DNA of 64,000 bases. It comes from Veleropilina oligotropha. Its lineage: Eukaryota. Below the pieces are notes generated by a model. That model did not search any database, was not told the origin of the DNA, and saw only the letters and a list, made by a program, of their open reading frames with translations. Below are positions 63,631-64,000 of the stretch, piece by piece. Position 1 is the first letter of the stretch. Every line of letters begins with the position of its first letter. The DNA lies in the NCBI GenBank assembly GCA_048128005.1, contig JBEUKZ010000066.1, forward strand, positions 186,001-250,000, given 5' to 3'. The position numbers and the translations under genes were made by a program.

Positions 63631-63781
63631 AAATAATAAATGCTAAAACGGCTTGCCATAACTACTTCCCTGCTGGCAAATGGAGAATACTTCCCAGCTT
63701 GCGTCTGGTTAGAGGACGGATTTCACCATTGGCTTATCTTATTATGGACAAAGGTTTAATACTTATTTCTGATTTACTAAC

Positions 63782-63891
63782 CTTAAAATAAATATGACCA
63801 TCAAAACAAAACAAATGAGCACGATTAAAACGGAGTAATAATTCGATAGCTCAACTCCCCATTCTAAAAATTTGGCCAAGCCGTCTCCCAT
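63782..63891 (-). CDS. CGRRF1: CGRRF1 exon 1 (MGDGLAKFLEWGVELSNYYSVLIVLICFVLMVIFIL; TM helix)
   Basis: ATG at 63891, AG|gttagt donor, phase 2 matches exon 2. Confidence 0.88.
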
Positions 63892-64000
63892 ATCTAGGTT
63901 TGTTTATCTTATTATTGAGAGAGTACGATCCGCGAGTAATCGACGGGATTATCTCCCCTATTGCGACGAAAACGTGAGAACCCGGATGTAATGTGTAGCT
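63892..64000 (-). promoter_or_regulatory. Probable CGRRF1 5'UTR or proximal promoter
   Basis: CpG-enriched segment directly upstream of the ATG with ETS-like CCGGATGT. Confidence 0.4.

Larger units (their letters stand above)
51095..63891 (-). other. CGRRF1: Spliced gene span: cell growth regulator with RING finger domain 1 (6 coding exons, 1053 nt, 350 aa)
   Basis: Six exons join in frame from ATG at 63891 to TAG at 51095. N-terminal hydrophobic helix, xPFxLE, xCxWG and YPLV motifs, and the RING CVVCQ...VLLPCRHFCVC..C...CPMCR match recalled CGRRF1. Confidence 0.92.

Noticed and set aside
1..64000. Prokaryotic operon, defence system or autonomous transposase
   Set aside because: There are no long ORFs. 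All credible coding sequence belongs to two spliced genes and one LINE fragment.

Overview
This is AT-rich, repeat-dense animal genomic DNA. The repeat types suggest a lophotrochozoan invertebrate such as a mollusc, which is an inference. It is not prokaryotic, and most ORFs in the supplied track are spurious. Two convergent spliced genes were reconstructed by hand with consistent splice phases. (1) The + strand holds the 3' part of TOGARAM1/FAM179B/crescerin: at least 20 coding exons from 414 to 36672, about 1030 aa, covering the linker plus TOG3 and TOG4. Its 5' end lies upstream of the window, and a probable 3.5 kb transposon-free 3'UTR follows. (2) The - strand holds a complete 6-exon CGRRF1 (63891 to 51095, 350 aa, N-terminal TM plus C-terminal RING) whose third intron is a minor-spliceosome (U12-type) intron. 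Introns and the intergenic region contain non-autonomous elements: Helentron/HINE-like elements with internal tandem repeats, CAGGG-ended hAT-like elements with 5-6 bp TSDs, Tc1/mariner- and Harbinger-like elements, tRNA-derived SINEs, hairpin MITEs and a LINE 3' fragment. The most unusual observations are a 48-bp minisatellite built from seven copies of a TOGARAM1 intron/exon junction, candidate mini and poison exons, a minisatellite amplified from inside a MITE, and long inverted repeats bracketing CGRRF1 exons 4-6.
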